Assembly: GCA_963675745.2 (NCBI GenBank)
Contig: CAXXWX010000026.1
Coordinates: forward strand, 64,001 to 128,000
DNA: 64,000 nucleotides
Direction: 5' to 3'
Source: Phycisphaerae bacterium
GTDB lineage: Bacteria; Planctomycetota; Phycisphaerae; UBA1845; Fen-1342
In this document: positions 52,948 through 64,000 of the stretch, piece by piece
How positions within the stretch are numbered: position 1 is the first letter of the stretch
How the letters are laid out: each line of letters opens with the position of its first letter
Position numbers and translations under genes: made by a program
The notes under the pieces: generated by a model
What the model was told of the DNA's origin: nothing
Seen by the model: the letters and a program-made list of their open reading frames with translations, nothing else
The model's database searches: none

Positions 52948-54177
52948 ATGCCTACCCGAACACCGGAACCGCCGATAATGCCCTTTCCTGTTCACGCCCG
53001 CGACGTGATGCGCTCAGTCCGCGGAGCCTTCGCCGAGTTAGCTACCAGCGTGGGCGCTGATCCACAGGACTCTCAGCGATTAAGCAGCATTTGCGGGCTC
53101 AACAAGAATCTGGCGTGGAAGGTCTCGAAGCTCATTCAGACCGAGGATCCGGCTATCGCGATACAGCAGATGCCCGGCTCCAGTGGTATCAGCATATTCT
53201 TGCGTAGCATGGAACGGGCGGGCGCCAAGAAGGAGCTTCTTGGCATGGCGCGCGAGGCCGTCAAGCACTTCGAAGAGCTCATCAAACTCCATTCCGGCGA
53301 TCGGGCCACGCTGGAAATGATGGGCAGCGCGCTGAGCACAAGCGGGCGTCAGCAGCGCGATGAGTATCACCGCAAGCTGCTCTTTCAGGGCGGGAGCTAC
53401 GTCTGGGGTGCCCAGGCACGTGTCATGGTGAAAGTCGGTGTTGTCGGCCCCGGGAAGGAGGACGGTCTGCTCGACTTCCTGTCGCTGAGCGCCCTGGTGG
53501 GTTTTCGCCGACTGCGGCCGGACGTCAGTTGGACGATGGCCGCCAGACGCGCACGCCACGACGATGGCAAGGCGATGTTCCCACCGACCCCGGAGCCCAT
53601 TGACCCGAGGTGCGCGGGCGAGGAAGACGCCCCTCTCATGCTCGATTACTGCTCCGGACCGGTGCCAAGCTTGCGGCGTGTTGTCGACGCGACCGGGATC
53701 AGCTTCGAGCTGCCGGAGGGCCCGGTTGGAAACACCGGCGCGATAACTTGTGTCACTGGTACGATCCAGCGCGGCATCCCGTACTACCGTTCGCCGTCGA
53801 ATGACCTGGGCGAGCACCGCGCTATGTGTGACTTGCCGGCCGAACTGCTACTCTTCGATCTCTATATGCACAACAGCTTCACGTTCGCGTTGCCGCCAAG
53901 GATGGCGTTTTACAGCGATCTGAGCCCGTACGGTACGTACCCTGGGCGCGGGCGCGAGTTCAACCGCTTGCCGATCCATGAGGAATTGCAGGATCTTGGT
54001 TGTGGACCGTTACCAGTGGCAACGCCCGATGTCGCGAGCTACAACCAGATGGTGCAGAGCATGTTTGATCGTGTCGCGTGGAGCCCGACCGACTTCCACG
54101 GATACCGGGTGAAGATCGCGTACCCGGCGTGCCCCGCATCGATCGTGCTGCGGTACAACCTCCCCGAAGCGCCGTAG
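52948..54177 (+). CDS. Hypothetical protein with an N-terminal HTH-like region, possibly a regulator
   Basis: Long ORF; 'QRLSSICGLNKNLAWKVSKLI' is HTH-like; divergent from the PEP-CTERM genes. Confidence 0.6.
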   Translation: MPTRTPEPPIMPFPVHARDVMRSVRGAFAELATSVGADPQDSQRLSSICGLNKNLAWKVSKLIQTEDPAIAIQQMPGSSGISIFLRSMERAGAKKELLGMAREAVKHFEELIKLHSGDRATLEMMGSALSTSGRQQRDEYHRKLLFQGGSYVWGAQARVMVKVGVVGPGKEDGLLDFLSLSALVGFRRLRPDVSWTMAARRARHDDGKAMFPPTPEPIDPRCAGEEDAPLMLDYCSGPVPSLRRVVDATGISFELPEGPVGNTGAITCVTGTIQRGIPYYRSPSNDLGEHRAMCDLPAELLLFDLYMHNSFTFALPPRMAFYSDLSPYGTYPGRGREFNRLPIHEELQDLGCGPLPVATPDVASYNQMVQSMFDRVAWSPTDFHGYRVKIAYPACPASIVLRYNLPEAP

Positions 54178-54301
54178 CGGCGCGATTACGTTTGATCAAG
54201 CTGATGGCCATTTGTCCCGGGCGTCACGCGGCCGACGTGATGCTCCGCGCGACTGGGCGCAATGGAGCAGCGGTGCCGGCGCCAACCGCGCTGCCAGCTG
54301 A

Positions 54302-54809
54302 CCCGCATATTTCGTACATGGTCGTAATCGGGTCGGCGCGGCGTGGGTGGCGCCCGTAGCGCGGAAGCCAACGGCTCCCCGGCATCCGGCGTCTGCGCCG
54401 CCAGCGTTTGCAGCAGCGGATCGTCGCGCAGTGTTTGGTGGTCGTTGAGATCTTCGTAGCCCAGGGCAAAGCCATGCACACGCTGGGCCGGCATCGTGCG
54501 TTGTTCGTGCTGGATCAGCACTGGCTTGCTGGGATCGGGGATGACCTCGGCCAGCGCGGCTGTCAGGCCCAGCCAGCGGACGACCTCCCGCAACAACAAC
54601 CCGCCCGCGCCGAACGTGATCGTCCCGCCAACAAAACCGGCGACGATGTCCTTGCGATTGAGGTTCGAAAGGCGAGCCGGTTTGCGGTTACACTCTGTCA
54701 CACGCGGCCCACTTGCCTCTGGCTTCGATAGCCGTCTCAACCATCGAATACACAGAGGCCTGGAGCCCCGCGCTACTTCGGCATTTTGGCAACATATGAG
54801 ATATCCGGG
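54302..54809 (-). mobile_element. Internally deleted IS1380-family element with both terminal inverted repeats
   Basis: Transposase 5' fragment from GTG 54701 ('GGTITFGAGGLLLREV...QRVHGFALGYEDLNDHQTLRDDP'); ends CCCGCATATTTCGTA (54302) and CCCGGATATCTCATA (minus strand from 54809) match 12 of 15. Confidence 0.8.
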
Positions 54810-54812
54810 CTA

Positions 54813-55907
<1,095 letters not shown>

Positions 55908-56045
55908 ATGCTCGTGGCTTCTCGACAACGCCGCCAAGCCTCTGCGCAGGCTCCGTGAGCAGGCGCTATCAGTGTCCGTGTGCATGATCGCGTGCAAGGC
56001 CGGTCGAGTCGGCGCGCAACATCTCTCTGCCGGTAGCAACGGATA

Positions 56046-56195
56046 GTGGAATCGTTGGGTTTGGCTGGGCTTGTAGCTATTGACAGTTGCATGGATGAAG
56101 CTGAGCTTTCGATCTCCGCCGTCACGCACTCCGCACTCGCTCAGCCCAACGCAGCATACACAGATCTCGACGGACACCTCGACCTAGTCGGCGAT
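56046..56195 (+). pseudogene. Decayed C-terminal fragment of a dipeptide (L-Ala-D/L-Glu) epimerase-like enolase-superfamily gene
   Basis: 'SCMDEAELSISAVTHSALAQPNAAYTDLDGHLDLVGD' resembles the GCMxE and DLD motifs. Confidence 0.55.
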
Positions 56196-56415
56196 CTGAG
56201 AGCCTCTGGGAAATCCACGTGCCCCCCCGTCGCCGACCTTCTCCCGGTCTTCGGGGGCGGTTACACTGGCTGGCTTGGCAAGGCAGCACGCGTCGCCCCG
56301 CCGGCCAAGCATCAACCGGGAACCCGGCTGGAAACGGTTCTCGGCGTGGATCGGCGGTCGTCTGTTGACAGCGTGTGCCGATGTTGACTCCGTTTTGGAT
56401 TGAGGGACCGATTAC

Positions 56416-57702
56416 ATGAGCACCAAGCCGTTCAACGCGTTCGCGATGGCGCAGGCCCAATTCGACAAAGTCGCCGAGAGTCTCGGGTTGGATCAAGGGA
56501 CCAAAGACCTCTTGCGACAGCCAATGCGCGAGTATCACTTCAGTCTGCCGGTGCGGATGGATGACGGCACAACCAAGGTGTTTCACGGGTTTCGCGTACA
56601 GCACAATGATGCCCGTGGCCCGGCCAAGGGCGGCATCCGATTCCACCCACAGGAAACGGCCGATACCGTGCGGGCGCTGTCGATGTGGATGACATGGAAG
56701 TGTGCCGTCGCCAACCTGCCACTGGGCGGCGGTAAGGGTGGCGTGATCTGCGAGCCACACAACCTGAGCATGCCCGAGCAGGAACGTATTTGCAGGGCGT
56801 ACGTGCGTCAGATCGCGCGAGATGTCGGACCGCTCCGCGACGTGCCCGCACCCGACGTGATGACGTCCGGTCAACACATGCTCTGGATGCTGGACGAGTA
56901 CGAGCAAATCCGCGGCGCGCACTATCCGGGCGTCATAACCGGTAAACCCGTCGGCATGGGAGGATCGCTCGGAAGAACCGAGGCCACGGGCTACGGCGTG
57001 ATCTTCGCCGTGCGTGAAGCGCTCAAGGAACTGAACGTGCGGCCGCAGGACACGATCGCCGCCGTGCAGGGCTTTGGTAACGTTGCCCAGTTCGCAATCG
57101 AGTTGTACAACGAGATTGGCGGCACCATCATCGCCGTTTCGTGTTGGGATCAGGAAGATCAGCAGCCCTACACCTTCCGAAAGAAGGACGGCGTGGACCT
57201 CGCTGAATTGCGGAAGATCACGGACCGCTTCGGCGGCATCAACAAGCAGAAGGCGGCCGGACTCGGATATGAGCAGTTGCCGGGAGATGCGTGGATTGAG
57301 CAGGACGTCGACATACTCATGCCTTGCGCCCTCGAGAACTCAATCACCGGCGACAACGTGTCGAGTATTTCCAGGCGCGTCAAGCTCATCGCCGAGGGGG
57401 CGAATGGGCCCACCACGCCCGACGCCGACCACGTGCTGCACGAGCGCGGCGTTTTTGTGATTCCCGATTTCCTGGCCAATGCCGGTGGCGTAACTTGCAG
57501 CTACCTCGAACAGGTACAGAGCAACATGAACTACTTCTGGGAAAAGGACGAGGTGCTCGGCAAGCTCGACACCATGATGACCTCGGCCTTCATTGCCGTG
57601 AGTGATATGGCACGCAAGCGCAAGCTTCACATGCGCGACGCGGCGTACACGATCGCCATTGCGCGCGTGGCCCAGGCCTGTAAGGACCGCGGCTGGGTAT
57701 AG
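56416..57702 (+). CDS. gdhA: Glu/Leu/Phe/Val dehydrogenase (glutamate dehydrogenase)
   Basis: 'RGPAKGGIRFHP', 'GGGKGG', 'DVPAPD', 'GRTEATGYG', 'VQGFGNV', 'EGANGP', 'NAGGV'. Confidence 0.95.
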   Translation: MSTKPFNAFAMAQAQFDKVAESLGLDQGTKDLLRQPMREYHFSLPVRMDDGTTKVFHGFRVQHNDARGPAKGGIRFHPQETADTVRALSMWMTWKCAVANLPLGGGKGGVICEPHNLSMPEQERICRAYVRQIARDVGPLRDVPAPDVMTSGQHMLWMLDEYEQIRGAHYPGVITGKPVGMGGSLGRTEATGYGVIFAVREALKELNVRPQDTIAAVQGFGNVAQFAIELYNEIGGTIIAVSCWDQEDQQPYTFRKKDGVDLAELRKITDRFGGINKQKAAGLGYEQLPGDAWIEQDVDILMPCALENSITGDNVSSISRRVKLIAEGANGPTTPDADHVLHERGVFVIPDFLANAGGVTCSYLEQVQSNMNYFWEKDEVLGKLDTMMTSAFIAVSDMARKRKLHMRDAAYTIAIARVAQACKDRGWV

Positions 57703-57735
57703 CGACGACAACCAGACAACTTGGCGGGCAAGTCG

Positions 57736-59481
57736 ATGAGCGGTTCGCCGGATACAGGCATGTTCCCGCCATTCGACCGCAAGTTCTTCGAGTCGGATGA
57801 AGACTTCACGGTCATCGGCGGCGGCGAGTTGGGCGGAAAGGCCCTGGGGCTGGCCGCCGCGAAACGCATCGTGCAAGAGGCATTTCCGCCGGAGACAATC
57901 CCCGGCGTGCAAGTCAGCATTCCGCGCCTGACCGTGCTCGGGTCCGAGGTCTTCGAGCAGTTCATGGCCAAAAACGACCTCTACGAGGTCGCTCTGGCGG
58001 ACCTGTCCGACGAGCGGATTGCACACGCGTTCGTACACGCGGAGTTGCCCGCTGCATTCGTCGGCGACCTGCGCGCCCTGATCGCCGAGATCCACACGCC
58101 GCTGGCCGTACGCTCGTCCAGCCGGCTGGAAGACGCGCTCAAACACCCTTTCGCGGGCGTCTACGCGACCAAGATGATCCCGAACAACCAGGCCACGGTG
58201 GGCGACCGTTTCAAGAAGCTGGCCGAGGCGATCAAGTTCGTCTGGGCCTCGACCTTTTTTCGAGATGCAAAGAGCTACATGCGCATAATCGACCACCCGC
58301 TCGCGGACGAGCGGATGTCGGTCATCATCCAGGAAGTCGTGGGAGAGCGCTTCGGAGAACGGTTTTACCCGGTCATCTCCGGCGTAATCCGCACGCACAA
58401 TTACTATCCAAGCGGTCCCGCGGCCCCCGCCGACGGCGTCGTCAGCCTGGCATTGGGGCTCGGGAAGACGATTGTCGATGGCGGCGTGACCTGGACCTAC
58501 AGCCCGCGCTTTCCGAGACATCGTCCGCCCTTCGCTTCGGCGCGCGAGTTGCTGAAGAACACGCAGACACGGTTCTGGGCGGTCAGCATGAAACCGGCGC
58601 CGTACGCCCCCATCAGTGAGGCCGAGCACCTGGTGCAGTTGGGGCTCGACGCAGCCGAGTGGGATGACGTGCTGCGCTACACCGCTTCCACCTTCGACGC
58701 CGCCTCGGATCGACTGACACTCGGTACCGCCACAGAGGGCCCCCGCGTCCTTACATTCGGCCGAATCCTGGAGCTTGGCGATGTTCCGTTGAACGACGTT
58801 GTAAATCGGCTGGCGGACTGCTGCAAGGACACACTTCAAGCGGAGGTTGAGATCGAGTTCGCGCTGACGCTGGACCGCCGGGAGGGCCTGCCAGCCCGAT
58901 TTGGCCTGTTGCAGGTGCGGCCGATGATGGTGGCGCGCGATCATGTTACGGTTGATGATGCAACTCTGAGCAGCAGCCGGGCGCTGGTGGCCAGCGAGAT
59001 TGTCCTGGGCAACGGTCAGAACAACGGGATCAGCGACGTTGTCTATGTGAAGCCCGCGACATTTGAGGCGAAACACACGCCGGCGATCGCCGCTGAAATC
59101 GAGGCGTTGAACCGGGAACTCGTCGCCGCCGAAGCGATGTACGTGTTGATCGGCTTCGGCCGATGGGGCAGCAGCGACCCCTGGCTGGGAATCCCCGCTA
59201 CATGGCCGCAGATCTCCGCCGCACGGGTGATTGTCGAGGCCACGCTGCCCGAGATGAACGTCGACGCCAGCCAGGGATCACACTTCTTCCACAACATGAT
59301 CAGCTTTGGGGTGCTCTACTTCACGGTGCGACACACGGGCGGTTACGCGATCGACTGGGAGTGGCTTGACGCGCAGCCGGCGGCGTCCGAAACTCACTTC
59401 CTGCGGCACGTGCGGTTGCGCGCCCCCCTGGACGTGCGTGTTGACGGTCGTCATGGCCGCGGCGTGATTCTACACCCCTGA
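57736..59481 (+). CDS. PEP/pyruvate-binding (PPDK_N ATP-grasp) domain protein without the pyruvate-binding barrel
   Basis: 'LGGKALGL', 'PLAVRSSSRLED..FAGVY', 'GLGKTIVDG', 'IEFA', 'LQVRP', then a 'GFGRWGS...SQGSHFFHN' domain. Confidence 0.85.
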   Translation: MSGSPDTGMFPPFDRKFFESDEDFTVIGGGELGGKALGLAAAKRIVQEAFPPETIPGVQVSIPRLTVLGSEVFEQFMAKNDLYEVALADLSDERIAHAFVHAELPAAFVGDLRALIAEIHTPLAVRSSSRLEDALKHPFAGVYATKMIPNNQATVGDRFKKLAEAIKFVWASTFFRDAKSYMRIIDHPLADERMSVIIQEVVGERFGERFYPVISGVIRTHNYYPSGPAAPADGVVSLALGLGKTIVDGGVTWTYSPRFPRHRPPFASARELLKNTQTRFWAVSMKPAPYAPISEAEHLVQLGLDAAEWDDVLRYTASTFDAASDRLTLGTATEGPRVLTFGRILELGDVPLNDVVNRLADCCKDTLQAEVEIEFALTLDRREGLPARFGLLQVRPMMVARDHVTVDDATLSSSRALVASEIVLGNGQNNGISDVVYVKPATFEAKHTPAIAAEIEALNRELVAAEAMYVLIGFGRWGSSDPWLGIPATWPQISAARVIVEATLPEMNVDASQGSHFFHNMISFGVLYFTVRHTGGYAIDWEWLDAQPAASETHFLRHVRLRAPLDVRVDGRHGRGVILHP

Positions 59482-59506
59482 GCCGCTTCACTGGCGGAGG
59501 CCTCTG

Positions 59507-62500
59507 ATGCCTGATCCAGACGAACGCGTTGCCGACATCCTGCGCTCGCTCCAGGAGCGCGCGAAGGAGCTTAACTGCCTATATCGAGTCGAGGAGATCA
59601 TCAGTGCCGAAGAGCTGACGCTCGATGACGTGTTTCAAGGCGTGGTCGAGGTCGTTCCGCCCGGTTGGCAGTATCCCGACGTGTGCGTTGCGCGCATTCG
59701 CTATGAAGACAAAGACTATGCCTTTGGTGACTTCCGCGAAAGCGAGTGGAGCCAGGAGGCCACGATCCGCGCGTATGGCGAACCGGTCGGCGCGCTGAAG
59801 GTCGTCTACTTGCAGCAGATGCCACAGGCCGACGAGGGCCCGTTCCTGAAAGAGGAACGCAAGCTGCTCGAAACCATCGCCGACCGCCTTGGGAGCTGCA
59901 TCACGCACCACCGGCTGCTGGAGGCCATGCGGGATGTGCGCGGGACTGCTCGTGCCACCGCCAAACGCGGGCATGAGTGGCTGGCGATCCTGGACCTCTT
60001 GCGTCGCACGGATCAGAGCCTGCTCATGCGCGTCGCCCGGAAGATGATCAACCACCTATGCTGGAGTGGTGTGAAGGAGGCGGGCGCGCTGCTGCGCGAC
60101 TTCCGTCCGCCGGGCGATGCGAACGAATCGGACGTGTTCTTTGAGTCGAATCGGCCGCGCGGCCGCGATGCGGCCCCCTCGGCGACGGACCTGGCGGATC
60201 AGGTCTTCGACCTGGCGGCCATGCACCTCAGCGACGACGAGATTATCTCGTGCGTCCACAACTGGATTAAGCAAGACCGCGCCAGCTTCCTGGTAAACAC
60301 GCTGGAGAACTACCACACCTCCATCTCCGAGGTCGGCGACGCCATCCAACGCTATCAACATGCCGGCCACGGCGAAGTGGAGCTCTCACCCTCCACGCGC
60401 AAGGGTCTGCTGGTGTCGCTGGTGCGACGTTTCCTGTCGGACCAGCTTGAGTACATCAACGTTGCCAAGAACTACGTCGAGATCGCCGACTTTCATCAGC
60501 TCATTCGGCGTTTGATCTATCCGGCCCGGGGGCACGGGAAGACTGGTGGAAAAGGGGCGGGGCTGTTCCTGGCCTACCAGATCGTGCGGCGTCATCACGG
60601 CGAAAACGAACTGCTGGCCCAGATCAAAACCCCCAGAACCTGGTATCTCACGTCTGACGGCATGCACGATTTCGTGTATTGCAATCACCTCGAGGACGTG
60701 TTCTCGCAGAAGTACAAGGAGACCGACGAAGTCCGCCAGGAGTATCCGGACATCGTGCAGGTCTTTAAGAACTCGCAGTTTTCGTCCGCGATCGTCAAGG
60801 GGCTCTCGCTGGCACTCGACGACCTGGGCGACCGGCCGCTAATCGTCCGGAGCTCCAGCTTGCTGGAAGACCGCTTCGGGGCGGCGTTTTCCGGGAAGTA
60901 CAAGAGCTTGTTCCTGGCAAACCGCGGCACGAAGCAGGAGCGGCTCGACGCACTGATGGACGCCATCGCCGAGGTGTATGCGTCGACCTTCGGTCCCGAC
61001 CCGATCCAGTACCGCGCCGAGCGGAATCTGCTGGACTTCCAGGAAGGCATGGGTGTGCTGATCCAGGAAGTGGTTGGCACCCACATTGGTGATTACTTCC
61101 TGCCCGCCTTCGCCGGTGTCGCCTTCAGCCACAACGAGTTTCGGTGGTCCCCGCGGATCAAGCGCGAGGACGGCCTGGTGCGGCTGGTGCCCGGACTTGG
61201 GGACGCGCGCTGTGGATCGCCTGGGTGACGATTTTCCGATCCTCGTCTCTCCCGGCCAACCGGGACTGCGGGCCAACGCGACGCCGGAGGAAACCGCGCG
61301 CTACGCTCCGCGCTACGCGGATGTTATCAATCTCAACACGAACCAGTTCGAAACGATCGATGTCGTAGAGTTCCTGCGTGGCGCCGGCGAACGCATGCCC
61401 GCCCTCGAGCAACTCGTCTCCGTATATGAGCACGGCCACCTGCGCCAGCCCATGCTGGGCAGTGTGGATTTCGAGAAAGACGACCTGGTGGTGACGTTTG
61501 AAGGGTTGCTGAATCGGACACCGCTGGTGAAGCAGCTTCACGCCCTGCTCAATCTGCTCGAGCGCGAATTGCGCCATCCGGCCGACATCGAATTCGCCTC
61601 GGATGGCGAGCACCTCTACTTGCTGCAATGTCGCGCACAGGCCCCGGCGAAACACGTTGAGCCGGCCCCCATTCCGCGTGATATCCCCCACAACCGGCTG
61701 GTCTTCTCCGCGAATCGTTACGTCTCGAATGGGACGGTGCCGAACATCACGCACATTGTTTATGTAGATCCCGAGCAATACGCCAACCTCGGCAGTCGGG
61801 AGGAGTTGATTGCCGTCGGACGGGCGGTAGGCAAGCTGAACAAGCTGCTTCCCAAGCGGCAGTTCATCCTGATGGGGCCTGGCCGATGGGGCAGCCGCGG
61901 CGACGTCAAACTCGGCGTGCCCGTGACGTACTCCGACATCAACAACACCGCGATGCTGATTGAGATTGCGCGCAAAACCGGCGAGTACACGCCGGACGTG
62001 TCCTTTGGTACCCACTTCTTCCAGGACCTCGTGGAGGCGGAGATCCGGTATCTGCCGCTCTATCCGGACGACGACGAAGTCGAATTCAATGAGCTGTTCC
62101 TGACGCGCAGTCCGAACCTGCTCGCAAAACTGGCGCCGGAGCACGCCGCGCTGGGCGACACGATTCGCGTAATCGACATTCCACAATCGGCGGATGGTCA
62201 GGTGCTGTACGTGCTGATGAATGCCGAGTTCGACGAGGCTGTGGGTGTGCTCACCGAGGCCACGGAATACGTCGATCACGAAACTGACGCGCGGCGTGCG
62301 CTCACGGCCCAGGACGGGCCGGATTGGCGCTGGCGCGCCCGCATGGCGGAGAGCATTGCGGCCCGCCTCGACGCCGCGCGATTCGGCGTCAAGGCCATAT
62401 ACCTGATCGGCAGCACGAAGAACGCGACCGCCGGCCCCGCCAGCGACATCGACCTGCTCGTGCATTTCGCCGGGACGGACGATCAGCGCCGCGATCTCGA

Positions 62501-62702
62501 GCAGTGGTTTGAGGGTTGGAGTCTGTCACTCGGCGAGATCAATTACCTGCGCACCGGGTACCGAACCGAGGGTCTGCTTGACGTTCACATCATAACCGAC
62601 GAGGACATCGCCAGACGCACGAGTTACGCCGTCAAGATTGGCGCCGTGACGGACGCGGCCCGTGAACTGTCGCTCGGCCCGGATAATTCACCGGCTATAT
62701 GA
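59507..62702 (+). CDS. GAF-like + PPDK_N ATP-grasp + nucleotidyltransferase multidomain protein; +1 frameshift in GGGG at 61199-61202
   Basis: ORFs 59507-61228 and 61074-62702 join as 'VPGLG|TRAVDR'; 'ERAKELNCLY..PPGWQYP..GPFLKEER', 'GGKGAGL', 'IVRSSSLLED', 'GPGRWGS', 'SFGTHFFQD', 'LIGSTKNATAGPASDIDL'. Confidence 0.85.
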
Positions 62703-63558
62703 GCGTGCGCGAGGCCTGCGCCGGTTTTTCCGGATCAAACCTCACCAGCGCAAGCTCCGGGCCGTCGTGCGCGGCAGTGTAGCAATGCGTGCGACCGATG
62801 CGCTGTGACCACGCGCCGGTGATCCTGGCCGATTCGTGGACATGGCCGTGCAGCGTAATCAGCGGCTGCCTCTCCTCGATAAACCGCTGAACGGCGATAC
62901 TGCCCACATGAACGTCAAGCGGCGCGTGGTCGATCATCTTGCCGTCGAGCGCCGCGCGATCCAGCTTGGTGTTGTGAGGCGGAGAGTGAAAGAGGAAGAT
63001 CGCCCGATCCACTGATCGGCTGCCGACCAACGTGTCCAGCTCGCCTCTGATTGTGGCATGACGGAGCTGACTCTCCGGAACGGGGACCGAGCGATAACCT
63101 TGCTCCGGCGCGACGCAGCCGGGGTCAACATACCGCGAAACGTCGTATCGTTCCCAGTCCTTGAGCAGGAACGGCGTGGGCGGCACATAGGCGAGTCCGT
63201 AGACATCGTAGCCCTCGAACCCAACCCGGCGATCGTGAACGTACCGCCAGATACCGGTCGTTGCCGCCGCGATGATCGTCGCCTCTTCAGATCGACTGTC
63301 ATCGTTGCCGAGGATCACGAACACACGCGGGTAATCTCGGCCCAGATCCTCGCGGAGCCGCTGCAACTGTCGCACAAGGAAGCCGTTAACAAAGTCCTCG
63401 TGATCAAAGTCCAGCGAGTCCAGCGCGGTGAGGCCGGCGGGAAGCAAGTCCCCCCCCATAAACACGGCAGTCGGGCGCTCGTCGCCGATCAGCCGGAAGA
63501 GCGTTCGGTAACGGTCCAGTTGGCCGTGGAGGTCGGAAACAAAAAAGCAGTGCGCCAT
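62695..63558 (-). CDS. Icc-like metallophosphoesterase
   Basis: SDLHG, GGDL, LGNDD, FHSPP, HGHVHE. Confidence 0.88.
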   Translation of the reverse strand: MAHCFFVSDLHGQLDRYRTLFRLIGDERPTAVFMGGDLLPAGLTALDSLDFDHEDFVNGFLVRQLQRLREDLGRDYPRVFVILGNDDSRSEEATIIAAATTGIWRYVHDRRVGFEGYDVYGLAYVPPTPFLLKDWERYDVSRYVDPGCVAPEQGYRSVPVPESQLRHATIRGELDTLVGSRSVDRAIFLFHSPPHNTKLDRAALDGKMIDHAPLDVHVGSIAVQRFIEERQPLITLHGHVHESARITGAWSQRIGRTHCYTAAHDGPELALVRFDPEKPAQASRTLI

Positions 63559-63797
63559 CCGTGCCCTCAACCGGTTAGGCGATGAATATCATGGCGAAGC
63601 GCCCACATGATACGCCTGCTCGGTCTCGGGAGCGATCATTGTCCAACCGGGCCGACCAGATTCAGGCACAGCGGCCGCGTGGGTTCATGGGACCCGATTC
63701 CTCGATCGCGTTGCAACTCCGCCCATGACCTGCTATCTGTACCCACGTAATAAGTGATGCCCGCACCGAACAGACGAACCAACACGGAGATGATGTG

Positions 63798-64000
63798 ATG
63801 ACGGACGCGCCCGCCGAGACCCTCTGCACGAACACCATTCGCACGCTGGTGATGGACGCCGTCCAAAAGGCGAACTCGGGCCACCCGGGAGCGGCCATGG
63901 CGCTGGCGCCGCTCGCCCACCTGCTCTATGGGAAGTACCTGCGGTATAACCCGGCCAACGCCGCCTTTCCCAATCGGGACCGCTTCGTGCTGTCGGCCGG
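63798..64000 (+). CDS. tkt: Transketolase, 5' part (truncated by the window end)
   Basis: '[27 protein letters not shown]...NRDRFVLSA'. Confidence 0.92.
   Translation, partial: MTDAPAETLCTNTIRTLVMDAVQKANSGHPGAAMALAPLAHLLYGKYLRYNPANAAFPNRDRFVLSA

Noticed and set aside
57736..62702. Calling these genes ppsA or ppdK
   Set aside because: Both lack the C-terminal PEP/pyruvate barrel and the canonical phospho-His motif.

Overview
A GC-rich bacterial window. The gene content (ECF sigma factor paired with a Ser/Thr kinase, PEP-CTERM proteins, many 'GDxNxDGxVNNGDIDxFVALL' dockerin-like tails) suggests a planctomycete, probably Phycisphaerae; this assignment is inference. Left part (1-14.3 kb): accessory secreted and regulatory genes. 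Centre (14.7-33.5 kb): a mobile-element junction. It has a tyrosine integrase with a convergent Xis-like HTH gene, a complete class C group II intron inserted just after a terminator, and a 3' half of tRNA-Met(CAT) acting as an att-like site. A ~13 kb cargo block follows (ackA' - Cu-ATPase - phosphoketolase - Na+-type N-ATPase atpDCQRBEFAG - rpiB'), cut through a gene at each end, then a second truncated Xis copy and a Fic gene. Right part: a triple-repeat dockerin protein, glgX, an MFS transporter, a coupled C39 peptidase / RimK ATP-grasp / GCS2 ligase / N-formylglutamate amidohydrolase / RMD1-like operon, more surface proteins, an internally deleted IS1380 and a Ca2+/Na+ antiporter. It ends with glutamate dehydrogenase, two atypical PEP-synthase-like ATP-grasp proteins (one with GAF-like and nucleotidyltransferase domains), a phosphoesterase and the start of transketolase. 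The best candidates for poorly described systems are the gdh-linked ATP-grasp/nucleotidyltransferase locus and the peptide-ligase operon. Several single-base frameshifts may be sequencing errors. All product calls come from motif recognition by eye; no database search was run.
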